Below, piece by piece: positions 24,128-36,600 of a stretch of 60,371 nucleotides of DNA. Positions within the stretch are counted from its first letter, which is position 1. Every line of letters starts with the position of its first letter. Source of the DNA: Phoronis australis (lineage: Eukaryota > Animalia > Phoronida); NCBI GenBank assembly GCA_002633005.1, contig NMRA01000122.1, positions 1-60,371 on the forward strand, in the 5' to 3' direction. The position numbers and the translations under genes were made by a program. The notes beneath the pieces were generated by a model. It did no database searches. It was not told the origin of the DNA and saw nothing but the letters and a program-made list of their open reading frames with translations.

Positions 24128-27100
24128 CTGAAAAATAAACTCTGAAAATAAGGGTATCAGAGATTGAGTAGGCGACTGTATAGTCAACGATTTTACACGC
24201 TGGGTACACGTTGTACTCTACGGAAGCCAATATCCAAGCCTGACTCAATCGAAGTCAAAAGAAAACTATTTTGAAAGTGCAATACTTAAATTACTAAAAT
24301 TCAATGGGTCTCTGGTAACAAAAACATTGCATTTCAATGCAACTGCCGTCTATCAATGACACAATTGGTTTGGTGCCGTAACAGTACCTGAATCATGAAC
24401 ACGCCGCGTCTCTCAGTAACGTAGCCGCCTAGTTTTTGAAGGATATCATTGGTTGCCGAACTTAAGTGGATTTCACCCTCTGCAAATAAAGGGGCAATGA
24501 CGAAAATGAAAGTAAAAGATATGTGTTGTAATCTTGGATTACGTTGTAATATTTTATCACAGCTACTGTTGTACCATTCAAGCTTCAATAACACAATTTT
24601 CGACTGAAGTCGACTCTTATTAGACTCTCAGTTTTTATTTCTCGCGAAACACAAACTTTAAAAGTCAGACGTCGTTGCTGTTGCATCATAAACGTCATCG
24701 CAGCGCACCTTTTCCCATCGACTCCAGACTCTGCGAAATGTTCACGCTTTCTCCAAGCAAACAGTACCGCGGCCGCGTGTGACCGACGATGCCAGCACAC
24801 ACGGAACCCGTGTGAATGCCGATCCTGAGCTGAAGCTTGAACGTCCTCTTGTGGGGCACTACAAACATGGCTATAGCATCCCGTATTTCCAGAGACATGT
24901 TGGCTATTTCGGCAGCGTGGCGATCACCGTTCAAGATGGGTAAGCCACTAACCACCATGTAGGCATCGCCAATGGTCTCAACCTGAAAACTCATCATTAG
25001 CTGTCTGAAGTGCGGCGCAGACGAAAAATTACTAGCGGAGCTGCCCGCCTCAAGTGCTTGTAAGCTGAGAACACAGCTCACATTTGTGAGTGAAAACGAG
25101 ATAGCAGGCGAACTCAACTGTATGTCATAGACCACTTCCATTTGTTTGCCGGTAACCGGCATGGAGCGATGTATTCAGCTTACTGACACATGAGAGAGAT
25201 GACGGAGCGCGCAGCTCTGCGTTTGCGTCATACATAAGACAAACCAGATATTTTTAAAGCCGACTGAATGTTCTTCATACATCAGTTTTGATCATCTCAA
25301 ACAGCTTATTTGGAGATGAGCTCGGAATTACATATACCACTGTTTGGTCTATTATACCATTAAGAAAAGGTACATAACTACGAAAAAATTTGATTTAGGC
25401 CATCCACTGTTATCAAACGGTATCATCTTGTTCCTAATTCAATCATATGATCTGGCATTTCACTACTGCTTCCGACAAAGACTATTAACGCTTTTGCCGA
25501 TTCGCGTTTTTTCAGTAGTCGAGAATTCCAGGCGATTTATTATAACCGTGCAATTTCAATTGAAAAAACGATGGAGACGTATTGGCGTTGCTTCAGAAGA
25601 TCAAAATACGCCAAACGATAGTTTATAGGAGCTTTAATAGTAATCGTCACGTGATGATAGCCGCAGAAATTACTTATTTGGGATATCACATCGAGGCTGT
25701 AAATAGACCAAATAGTAATAAATGCTATACTTCAAATTTCTCGTACTACGTGATCGAAAGCTACAGTCAGTAATATCTACCTTCCACTGAAAGTTTACCT
25801 GAGTTTTTCGTTGACAAAAACATCACGTATCATTTATTGAATGTGGACTAACAGCAAATAGATTCTATTAAAGTTATGAAATAAGAGGGTATTTATAACT
25901 ACTAAACACTATGAGAAATGACAAGACATGCGTCGCCTCTATTACTTTAAAGAATGTCTTCAAAATGTAGACCTGCCTTGTACACATCGTAATGATCTAT
26001 GATACTATCGAAGAGCGTGTACAACTTGTTCAACATGTTGACTATCTCGAGCGGAGTGCTCTCTGACGAAATCACCGTGAAGCTCTTAATGTCGCTGAAG
26101 AAGATCGTCACACTTCGGAAGCACTCAGGGTCAACGTCTTTTCCAATTATTAGGCTCTCGGCTACCGACCTGGTGTGGAAAATCTTGTGAAACGTCAGGT
26201 GCCATCAAGCTAGCACACTCAATGAGAAGTATAGAACTACGGGTTTCAAACTGGAAAACCTAATACTGAAGGCCTCTCAAGGATTACTATTTTCAGGCAC
26301 ATTTTGCGTGTCTAAGATATCAGTGCCGCTTCGATGCTTTGAAGGTTAGCAGGTGATGAATCAAAATAGTGAAATGTTTGATGAGAGAACCCTTCTGATG
26401 AAAAAAGGATATACATGTAATTGTGAGGAAGCAACAACTGAGCTCGCCACCAACACAGCTATTGTATTAAAATTTTGGTCATTTTTGTTAAAAGACGCAC
26501 CTTATAGCCATGCGCGTGCGCGAGTGTACTTTTGAACCTGATCCGTCTCCTCCTCCCCAGACAAACCTTTAGGTACAAGTAGACCGCGTTTGTCTCATTA
26601 ATCCTGTCCCTTGTTCTCATCTATTCGATCCTAATTGATTTTCAACTTATTCTCATTCCCCCTATCCGGTTTGCTCCCTTGTCACCGGTTTCCCCAATAG
26701 GACGGTGGTACGGAAAAACACATTCCCAGTAGTTCTAAGAATGTTCAAAAATAGGTATTATCAGGAAGGCATTACGAAGGGCCGCTCTTTCTAATGGAAT
26801 ACGTTATTTTTTTCTCAATTGAGCAATAATTCTGCAATTAGTTTTGGAAAATAGCCAAAATCGTTGATCTAACACTTGACCCTTTCTGATAACGTCTTCC
26901 TAGTGTTATGAATCAACTCTAGAATTCATTGAAAAACAGCCTGATTAGTAATCTACGAGCCCTTGAACAACAGTAGACGTACAGCCTATAATCAGCAGTG
27001 CTCCTCTCTTTTGCCCTAGTGGTTTTACTCTTCTGTCACATCAGTTCTTCTATAAAACGGTTGAAAGCTCACTAACGCGAAATTTTTCTGCATTTGACTT

Positions 27101-30100
27101 AGACGTTCATAATGATCACCAGGCGTACAAGTGGGTCAGTAATCGACGTAAAACCGATTTGTAGTGCACATCATGGCCCATCCTGGGATATAGCGAGACA
27201 TCCCAAACCTCAGCGTTAACCAAGTTAATTATTAGCCGCCAGGATGGGTTTGGGACAGCAATCCACGTGAATGCTGGTTTATGAAATTAAAGTTGCATTA
27301 AACTAATTTCCTAACTGCCTATGGTCAAAATGAGAATTTAGTTTTTGAACGAAGTCGGATTTAACAGCAACTTGACGAACTGACTTCGGCAACAGTCTTC
27401 CCAGCAGCGTGTCTGTTTTTTTCTTCTCCTCATTCAACTCCTCTGTGCGTGCTTCCACCATTTGTTCCTGCATCTCGGCGTACTTGCGCATCAGTTTCAA
27501 CAAATTGCTCACTCTGTCCTTACTGCAACGCAAACAATACTTTAATCAGTTAGTTCGTTCTGCATAGTATATGTTGCTTTTATTGCGACACAGAACGGAA
27601 AACACGGAAGTAACGCAAGAGGATTAATGTCATCTATTAATAGCACTGGCTTTAGAGAGGTTGCAATCAGATGCAGTTATATCAATAAAAGAACAACATG
27701 ACGTATCACATTGTCGTACAACATACAAATGGACGATTAGGCGAGACATGGCAAGACTTCTGTCGCGTCCGAGACACAAAATAATTAGTACAGGAACCTA
27801 GACTTCGTAACTGAAAATTCTTAAAATGGAATATTATCGAGAACAATCATTACCAAGACTCATTTTGTTACTGAACTTTCAGAAATTAGAGAGGTGAGCG
27901 ATAGAGTCAGGCTTAGCAGTGCGTTGTCATAGTGACTACCAGGTGCGCATTTTCAGTAGGCACAATACATGTAGACTTGCGAAAAAAGCAAAATCACGCA
28001 CACGACAACGCAAGATCACGCGTGTGAAAAACGAGTGTATAGGCTTGAGATCTTGCTCGCGTGCACTTTAACAAAATGGCGGAAAAAATGAAGTGATTCA
28101 GTGGTCGGCGAGTCTGAAACTTGTGAATTATAGGAAAACTTTTGAGACTCGTTACTAAAGTGTATGTACTAACTCGGAACCCCTCTCCTCGGCTAACATG
28201 GCGACGATCTCCTTAAAAGTAGGCCTGTCATCGGGATCTTCGCTCCAGCACAGTACCATCAGGCTCTCCATGATTTGATGATGTCCTGTGTCTTCCTCAG
28301 TGTCATTGTCATTGGCGTACAGGATGGGACGAATCACTATCCCTGATGTCTTACGTACGCCGGCAACAAGAACTGCGAAAAAAATGCATGTGTGAATTAA
28401 GTAATCGGGCGCAGTAGGCCTACACTGTTTCAGTTACTTTGTAAGCCAAAACTAGACTATGTTACCTTACAAATATCCGGTCATATTTTCTCCACATATG
28501 GCCACATGTGGAACTTGAGAGGAAAAAAAACATGACATCTTGTAATATAGAGCATTTTAAAAAACAATGCAAAACGACGAGTTCTGCTTCGGATAACTTC
28601 TGCTTCCCTTTCGTGTAAAGTTTCTCTTAACTGAACTATTTTTGAGCGGACTTGAGTGAAATTTCGCCGAATTTCACAGCGTGTTACCGACTCGTGCACG
28701 CGATCAGTAGACGTGAACGTTCATCTTATCTCAAATAACGACGACGAATGGCGCTCATACTTCAAAGTATTACAGAAAGGGAAATTTTTGCAAAGTTATT
28801 TTAAAAGTGAGAAACCCAACTACGGGCCTGCCCAGGGGTCACATACACGAGTTTTACAACATGGTTCGATAGCATTTACATGACACTATTTTCACCTAAA
28901 AGCTACACGTGTAAATTACTAAGCACAAGTAGAAACTATCAATTTTTAAGTCTAGGTCAAAAATAAAACCTTCCTGTTTCAAAACTGTTAGTCGAAAACT
29001 TGACCCTTTTTAAGTGTGTTAGATGATAACCTGTGAAAGATCTTGCAGAACTGACAACTTTACATTAACAAAAATTATTGAAAAATATTCTGGACAATTT
29101 TCCAAGTTCACTTTGATTCATAACGTGTGAGATGATGTTTGGAATCGAATTTCAAAGTTTGAAGCCACGGTGCCTCAGGCACAAAAATTATCATTACTGC
29201 CTCAGGAATTGGTGGTAATTTTTTTGTTTACCTCAGTACGTTAAAGTCATGTCCACACTATTAATTACCCCCGGAATAACTTACTCTAGAATAACTTGCC
29301 CTCAGTCAGCTGAACGTCACACTACGCACCCGACACCTGGTCAAAAATATGGCACACGAAAAACCGGACACACGTAAGTGTGTAATTGGACAAGAGTGCA
29401 GCTGGTAATTACTTCCGCCTTGTCTGCAGCCTCCCGTTCAGTAACGCGAGAACTTTGCTAAAAAGCAATACTTCGCGAGATTACGAGAGATATTGCCGTG
29501 TATTTTAAATGAGAACACGTGACTTAACGTTACGCCAGACGTGCGTCCAGTAATGCTAGTACCTACGCTAGGACCTAGCTAAAATCTAGCTAAAGTCACA
29601 TGTTCTCATTTAAAATACACGGCAATATCTCACGTAATCTCGCGAAGTCTTGCATTTTAGAGAGGTCCTAACGTTACTGAACGGGAGCCAGGTTTGCGTC
29701 CACATTACCATTTGCGCTGGGGATCGTTATCATGGATTAAGTTACCATTCCACGATAAGTTGTTACACCTGTGTCAAGTTTTCAGAGCGCACAGCGTCAA
29801 CACTACTACTGTACCTATCGACAACTAGTTATTGGAGTACTTTATTCTAGGGTAACGTGGAGAGGAGGGAGATTATTTTAGATGTCGTGGAATTGGTACT
29901 GAAAACCGCTCCACCAGTAAAGTGACTGACTGTGTTGAACTTGAAAGATGAAGGAAGTAGTCTGATGATCTTTTAGTTCGTGCGCCTATAAATTACCGAT
30001 ACGTGAGGTAAACAAGTGAGATTCTTGTGAAAATGCAGAACGACGGAAAATAAGACATTATTACATTTATCCATTTTAAACCTTACGCCGGCATATTAAT

Positions 30101-30568
30101 TTATAAATGACAATGTAGAAAACCAGCCTACCCCATGTTCGAGGTTTTCATGAAAAGGTGACTAAAAAGAAACTGTGTGAAATAGCTTATATTTACTGGA
30201 AGGGTTTGCAATATTTCCAAATGGTCCGGCTCTAAACATAATTTCGTGGAGAATAATTGCGAAGCTGTATACGTCCCCTTTTTGTGACCCCCTTGGGTGT
30301 ATCGTGTCTTTTCTGAGTAGTTCAGGAGCAACCCACAACAAATCTGAAACGAAATGCAATATTTATATATTAACAGTAACAACCAAGAAATGACTGTATT
30401 ATCGCTACCACCAGTGTCAACAGTAGCTGAAGCAACAAAACGAACAGCTGTAGCAGTAACGAAACCTCCTCCACCACCACCTTCAGGAGCAGCAGCAGCA
30501 GCAGCACTGAGCAGCAGCAGCAGCACTGAGCAGCAGCAGCAGCACTGAGCAGCAGCAGCAGCAGCAGC

Positions 30569-30617
<49 letters not shown>

Positions 30618-30636
30618 CAGCATAAACAACAACATT

Positions 30637-30671
<35 letters not shown>

Positions 30672-33600
30672 CATCAGCAGCATCAGCATAAACAACAGCA
30701 GTAACAGCAGCAGCAGCAGCAGTAGCAGCAACAGCAGCAGCAGCAGCAGTAGCAGCAGTAACAGTCGTAGCAATAATGATTGTGTATTTGGCATCATCAT
30801 CAGCAACAGCGGTAACAACCTGCTACTGCATGTTCAGTTATTTGTTATTTTAGCCCGAGGAAAATACTTAAAAGGTCTAGTTGCACTGAGAGAGATTGAG
30901 GATGTTTTTTCATATTATAGCAGACATTGTTTCCAACTACAGTTTCGGCTTAAATAGGTGTCAGCAGAAATGACATTTCCATGCATGTATCCTTTACAAA
31001 ACAAAAATTTCATTTTTGTCTTCCACACTCAATTTTAGCACATATTGTCATCGGTCAGCTAAATTTTGCTGATTGTGGTCGCATAAGCGAAGGAACATCT
31101 CAACTTCACTTCAGGCTACACGAACAACGTGATTCGCGCATGAATGCATAGTTCCTGCTGCTCGCAGACCTGTAAACTAAGCTTGCTGACTCACGAACAC
31201 GATCCCGCACACGTAAAACAACTTACGCAGCAAAGCACATGACTCACCAACTCACATGACCCCTATAAGAGTAACCTGTATGACACCGAAGACTGTGAAC
31301 CGTGTTTACTGGTGCCGGAGCCGTATTTCCGCTCCCGAAGCCGTGATTTTTTGGTAGCGTAAGCCGTGTTTTTTAGTCAGTGAACTGCGTTTACAGATAC
31401 GTGAGCCAAGCCCATGTCTGGCAGACCTATGTCCATGAGTAAGTGAGCCGTATTGTTCGGCCAGTCTCCACCTCCGCCCAAAAAGCTCACTCAATGCTAC
31501 GTTGCTCAAATATTCAAAACAGGCTGCCCGTTACCCCTTGTTTTCTCATCTTCGTTCAAATTGCGGAACTGTTCCTCGTGTATCCTGTAATCAACCATTC
31601 CGTAGTCGGTTATTTTTAACACCCAGCGACTGTCCACGATGCAGTTACTGCTCTTTAACCTTCCGTGTGACCCAAATGACGTGTTGTGGTGGATGAAGTT
31701 CATTCCCTGACACAAAACAAATGGAGTATCCGTAATGAACGAGTTATGGTGAAGTGTTCGTAAAAGACCGTTTACACTATCTACAAATTCCCTGTATCAC
31801 AGTTGATCAATATGCAACAACAACGTTTAGCAGAGTGAACTACTTCTCATGTTGAAGGGCAAGCTTCAGTGGTAGGTACTGTGTCAGGTCATGTGACGAT
31901 ACATGAGAAATGTCGGCCATGCTTGAAGAAAGCATGGCTTCGGAAGGCTTTGAATGAGACTTTTGGAAAGTCAGTATTTCAGTCCTGCATCTAGAGAAAT
32001 GAATATTAGTACCATGGGCCCAACTGTGTGGCATATCATCAGTGCTCCATGGGATTTGTTGACAATGTAAACCCTGTACACTTCAAGCATTCACATCCCG
32101 GAAGCCTGGAGAATCACTAATTGAGCTGGGTTGCGCTCTAAGTTAAGTGTTATCGAAAAAGGATGGTCTCGCCACTTTTACTGGTGACTTTCTTGCGTTT
32201 ACGAGACACAACCCATGTGGTGCAAGTCGTATATTGAAAATTCACCCTGAGGTCTTCCAAAATTTGATTCGAGATCTCACAAGAAGAAATAATATAGGAG
32301 AAAGTCGTTCATCCAAATAGCTTACCTGGGCAATATCTTCCAAAAACGACTGCTGAAACAACCAACCTATGTTGACCTTTTCTTCATCCAAAATGTCCTG
32401 CAAGTAGTTAGTATACGCAAAATGTGATCACTAAAATGCGGCTGTTATCTGAGCATAGTGGCTACTTAGAGAGTATCAGAGCCTGCCAATGCAGATCGGC
32501 AGATTGCAAATTATTCATAACTGCATAATAACCTGAAAATTGTTTATACGAACATAAAGTTAAGTTGCTTATTAATTAACAGACAAAGTAATTATCAACT
32601 AATTTTATTAGCTCCACTGCAAATTTTTTCCTCTTGTCGTTGACTGTTGCAATATCCCAGTGAAGAAATCATACGTGAAATATCCACTCGGGTATGAATA
32701 GTTACTTAGTTCAACCAGCAGTCACAAGCGCTTGTCAATACGGTACAATAAGGTCGTAGTCGCTGGCAATTTTGGCGCGCAACATTTGCACTGCTAAGAA
32801 ATTAAAATCTTGAGTTAGGCCAGGCTTGGAAGCAGGTTTGAGGCATGCATTGCAAGAATCTTCAGCGAGTCCGGCGTGCTTGTGCTTGTGAATATGCTGT
32901 GAATCAGAAAAGTCCACTAGTTTAGTTGTAGATTCCCTCTTCTTCAAAATTAGGCTCTCTGTAGCAGAGTTGCATTGTAGTGCAGTGCTGTGATTCCAGG
33001 TAGCCAAAATTTCAAAAAAAGATATCTGCATGGCTGTACTTTTTGAACCACATTAATGGATTCTGTAGTGAATATGCTTCCAAAAATTAGTGTTAGCTCG
33101 TGTCAAGCATTGGCAAGGAAGTTGTGTTTTGGATTCCTTTTCGGTGGATGTGACTGAATAAACTTTCTGTGCTCACGTGTAGTGCTTTTGAGGTAAAAAG
33201 ACTCACAACTTTTCATTTTGTTAATAGAGTTTTCGACAAATTGGAGGAAAGGAAGTAAGTCCAGTGACCTGTGCACTGCTATGCAAAACCCAGTGAAAAG
33301 TATTCAGTGCCTCCCATATAGTCCATGAAAGGTGGCGAATCTTAGTGGTAATGTTATACAAATATAAAGGCCTTACTTCTAAGCTTCCTTTCTTGCCATA
33401 CCAGTACACCAGGCAAAAGTTAGGTGACTGAACGCAGACGCCCACGAATGGGTTAATATTTCCGTGCTTCAACGTCGTCAACTGAAACGTGGGAAAAGTC
33501 TCTGCTTCAGAATTGTACATGCGCAGTGATAGACACAAACAAACAATCTTTCTTCCTGCTTGTCAGTTACAGTCAGTGATTTCGTCGTAAGAATGTTTGC

Positions 33601-36600
33601 ATGGTTCAACTCATTCGAACACTTCGTCAACTCAGTGGTCTCGTTGGCGAGGTGTAAACCTTGCACTAATGCTAATATAGGTGTAGGGGCTGGATGTGAG
33701 ACAAATTTCCCCTCGGAGGAGTTTAATAAGTAGCAAGTCATGTGATATTTAAACTGGGGAAAGATTGGCCGTAGGACTGATGTTCGCCTAGGCGCAGATA
33801 TGAAACACCTCTGAGGGAGGGGGGTTGAGGTTACAAAAATGTTTGTAGTGTTCCGAGCACTGCCTCACCTGAATATACCAACAGATGACAAATGCCATGA
33901 CAGTCGCGAGTTCTTACCGACCATGATTGTCAGTGGGCAAGTATAATTGGGTGATAAAACATGCTGGGATCTATGTTCCAATGTATAGCTGCACGAAGAC
34001 TTGTTTCTGGCCATAAAATGGTAAGCACTTAAGACCAGTTTAATAATAGATGCTGTAAATAGGTGAATACCTAGAGGAGATTATTTTGCATTTTTTGGGA
34101 GTTGTACTGTGTTGTTGGATATCATGCATGATATCTAATATTACTCACCAGGCAAAGTGAGGTTTGCATTTAAGACGCTCACCTAGATCAACACCTTGGG
34201 AAATCTCGCAGATTTTTCGAAATCATGTAAAAGCAGAAGAAACATAAGAAAATCGAAGCCTTTTTGATGAAAAACCCGTGATCAATCGTTGAAGTTTTGT
34301 TTAAAATAAATGCTGTTTAACTTTTTAGGCTACATTGTTTGCATGCCTCTTTGTACATTCCTTCGCAGCACCCTGACACAGCGCCGCCGATAGTGAAAAG
34401 CGGCCCTGTGGAAACATGATGAACGACACACGGAATTCCGCGTGTGGGCATCAATTCGCATGCATTGGTCGGAAGTAAACCGATCACATCGTCACCACTT
34501 GCACACGGATTTATTCACTACTTGTTTGGGCTTAATCCAATGGATCGGGGTTCCCTTGATTTTGCTTACTTCGAGCACTGTTCGTTCTAAAGAAATGCAA
34601 CTACTCAAGTCAAAAGTGATCGCCATGCTTAATAACTGTAAACTGAAAGGGGTTTCCCAACTTTCAACCAATAGGAATGACTGAATGTTATGACGTCGCT
34701 TTCATTTGAAGCCATGTTCAACACCTTTCGACAGGGCTACCTTTCCTAGCACAGTGAAAGAGTGTAGTACTGACAATGGCATTTCAAATGACAATGCCAT
34801 GGCATCACAGAGTCTATTGTGGACGCGAGTTAATCGTCCGACCAAGTGGTCTAGTAGCTTTAACCCTGCCGTGCACCAAAAAAAAAAACCTAGTGTCCAA
34901 CATGATGCTTTGACATCTGAAGTGTGGCCGGAGAAGTAGCCGACCGAAACGTCGTGACAATGTAAATAGGCTTGAAGTTGGTGTAGCCTAACTATACTGT
35001 ACCTATAAATTTTAGATGTTGCAGTTGATTAGCTAAAAACGTGGAACATCTTAACCTCATTCAACTCCAGAATATGTCTGTAACCCAGAGCAAGTTTCTT
35101 CACGTTCATGCGCTTCAAACTGACGATCTGATCCTTGTACACTCCAGTCTCGCCAAACACTTCGCCATACTGGCCTTTGTGGAATTCTTGCACACTGTCG
35201 CGACGTCGTAATGAATGCAACGAGGTGGCGCGCCCATCGGCGGAGGATGACCTCTCATGGTGCTGTTTGATCAAAGCTGAATTTTTATGCCAGGTTATTC
35301 TGGTCATGTAACGACATGCATGCAAATGATCTCTGTTGTAACCGTTCACTGCATAGCCTGAGCAATAAGAACACAGGTATTGCATTTAGAGTTTCGCCTC
35401 AACACGTCTGAACCAAAGCACTAAAATAATGTACTTCTTCCCTGCTTTTTCACTCTCTTTAGAAAAAAGAAGCAGTTTCCGCAAAGATCACAAAACCTTC
35501 CTACCAACAACAACGCATAAACATTTAAAGTAAACATGTTTTGTTCTTACCCCCGCATTTTTATCTTCTATGTCGGCGTAATCAATCAACCACGTCGGTC
35601 TGGGTCGACACCGTCCCATGTCGAAGGTCTGGAATCTGCAGTTGTTATGAGGTACTTTATAACATAGCCTAATTTGGGACCCGTTTTACCCATGGTCGTC
35701 AGTCCTGTCTTTGCTAAGACTGACGTAACTTACATTTCAATTTACACAAGTTAATTAACGTGACTAGCGAAAACAGTCATTAAATCTGATTATGAAAAAT
35801 TATCAACTTATTGTCAGTTGATCGCCGGTAAAAAACAGCGTTGAGTTAACAATAACGTGCCTATGACTGTCTTAGCTGCGAGTGGGATTATTGCCTTCGA
35901 AAATACGAGCAGCACCAAAAATAGAAACCAAACTAAATATTAAATTAAGTTAAGCTTGAAATATTTGGACTTGTGTTAAATGAGCATTATTTGGGCTTTT
36001 AAGCTTAAAAGCTTCGACTGAACTAACGCGAATGTTTAGGAATATGATATGATCTTGAACTTGTATGCATCGCGTGACAAATCATGGATTTTCAAACCTT
36101 ACTTACCGTTGTGCAGATTTTACAAAAAAACAAAATAAAACAGGGTCAGTTAGCTCTGGTTTCAAAATGCGCCGGAGCACACATCAGAATCAACTACGTT
36201 GTCTTGATCTAATGTTGAAAAGTACGCGAGGTTTGAACTTGAAATAAAAACAAGAAGAGTTGCGAACGAAAAGAAGCATTTTCATAACTATCAAAGATTC
36301 TGAGTAAAAGGATCAGCAAATTTTAGTTAATGAAACTTTTAACCAGGATAAACAGTTTCACACGAGGTGCTAAGTCGAACAGAATAGGCGTTCCTGCCAC
36401 GACTGTTCACCTAAAAAGAATTCTAACACCAGTTCTGGTTTTGTGTCACAAAATATAGTCAGTGCTTTTCTGGGAAGATTTGCTTTTAAAAAAGTTCGAT
36501 CCGAAAAAAAAGAAATCATGAGCCACAAACCGAAATCGAGCTGAAACTGAGAGATTACATATATTTACCGTAGGCACACCCTGCTAACGACGCAAAAAGT

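Noticed and set aside
30483-30818. Poly-Leu / poly-Gln ORFs
   Set aside because: Translation of an intronic CAG microsatellite
34900-34970. Hammerhead-ribozyme-like CTGAAG...GAAACGTC
   Set aside because: Core reads CTGAAGT rather than CTGANGA and the stems are poor; at most a decayed Penelope remnant
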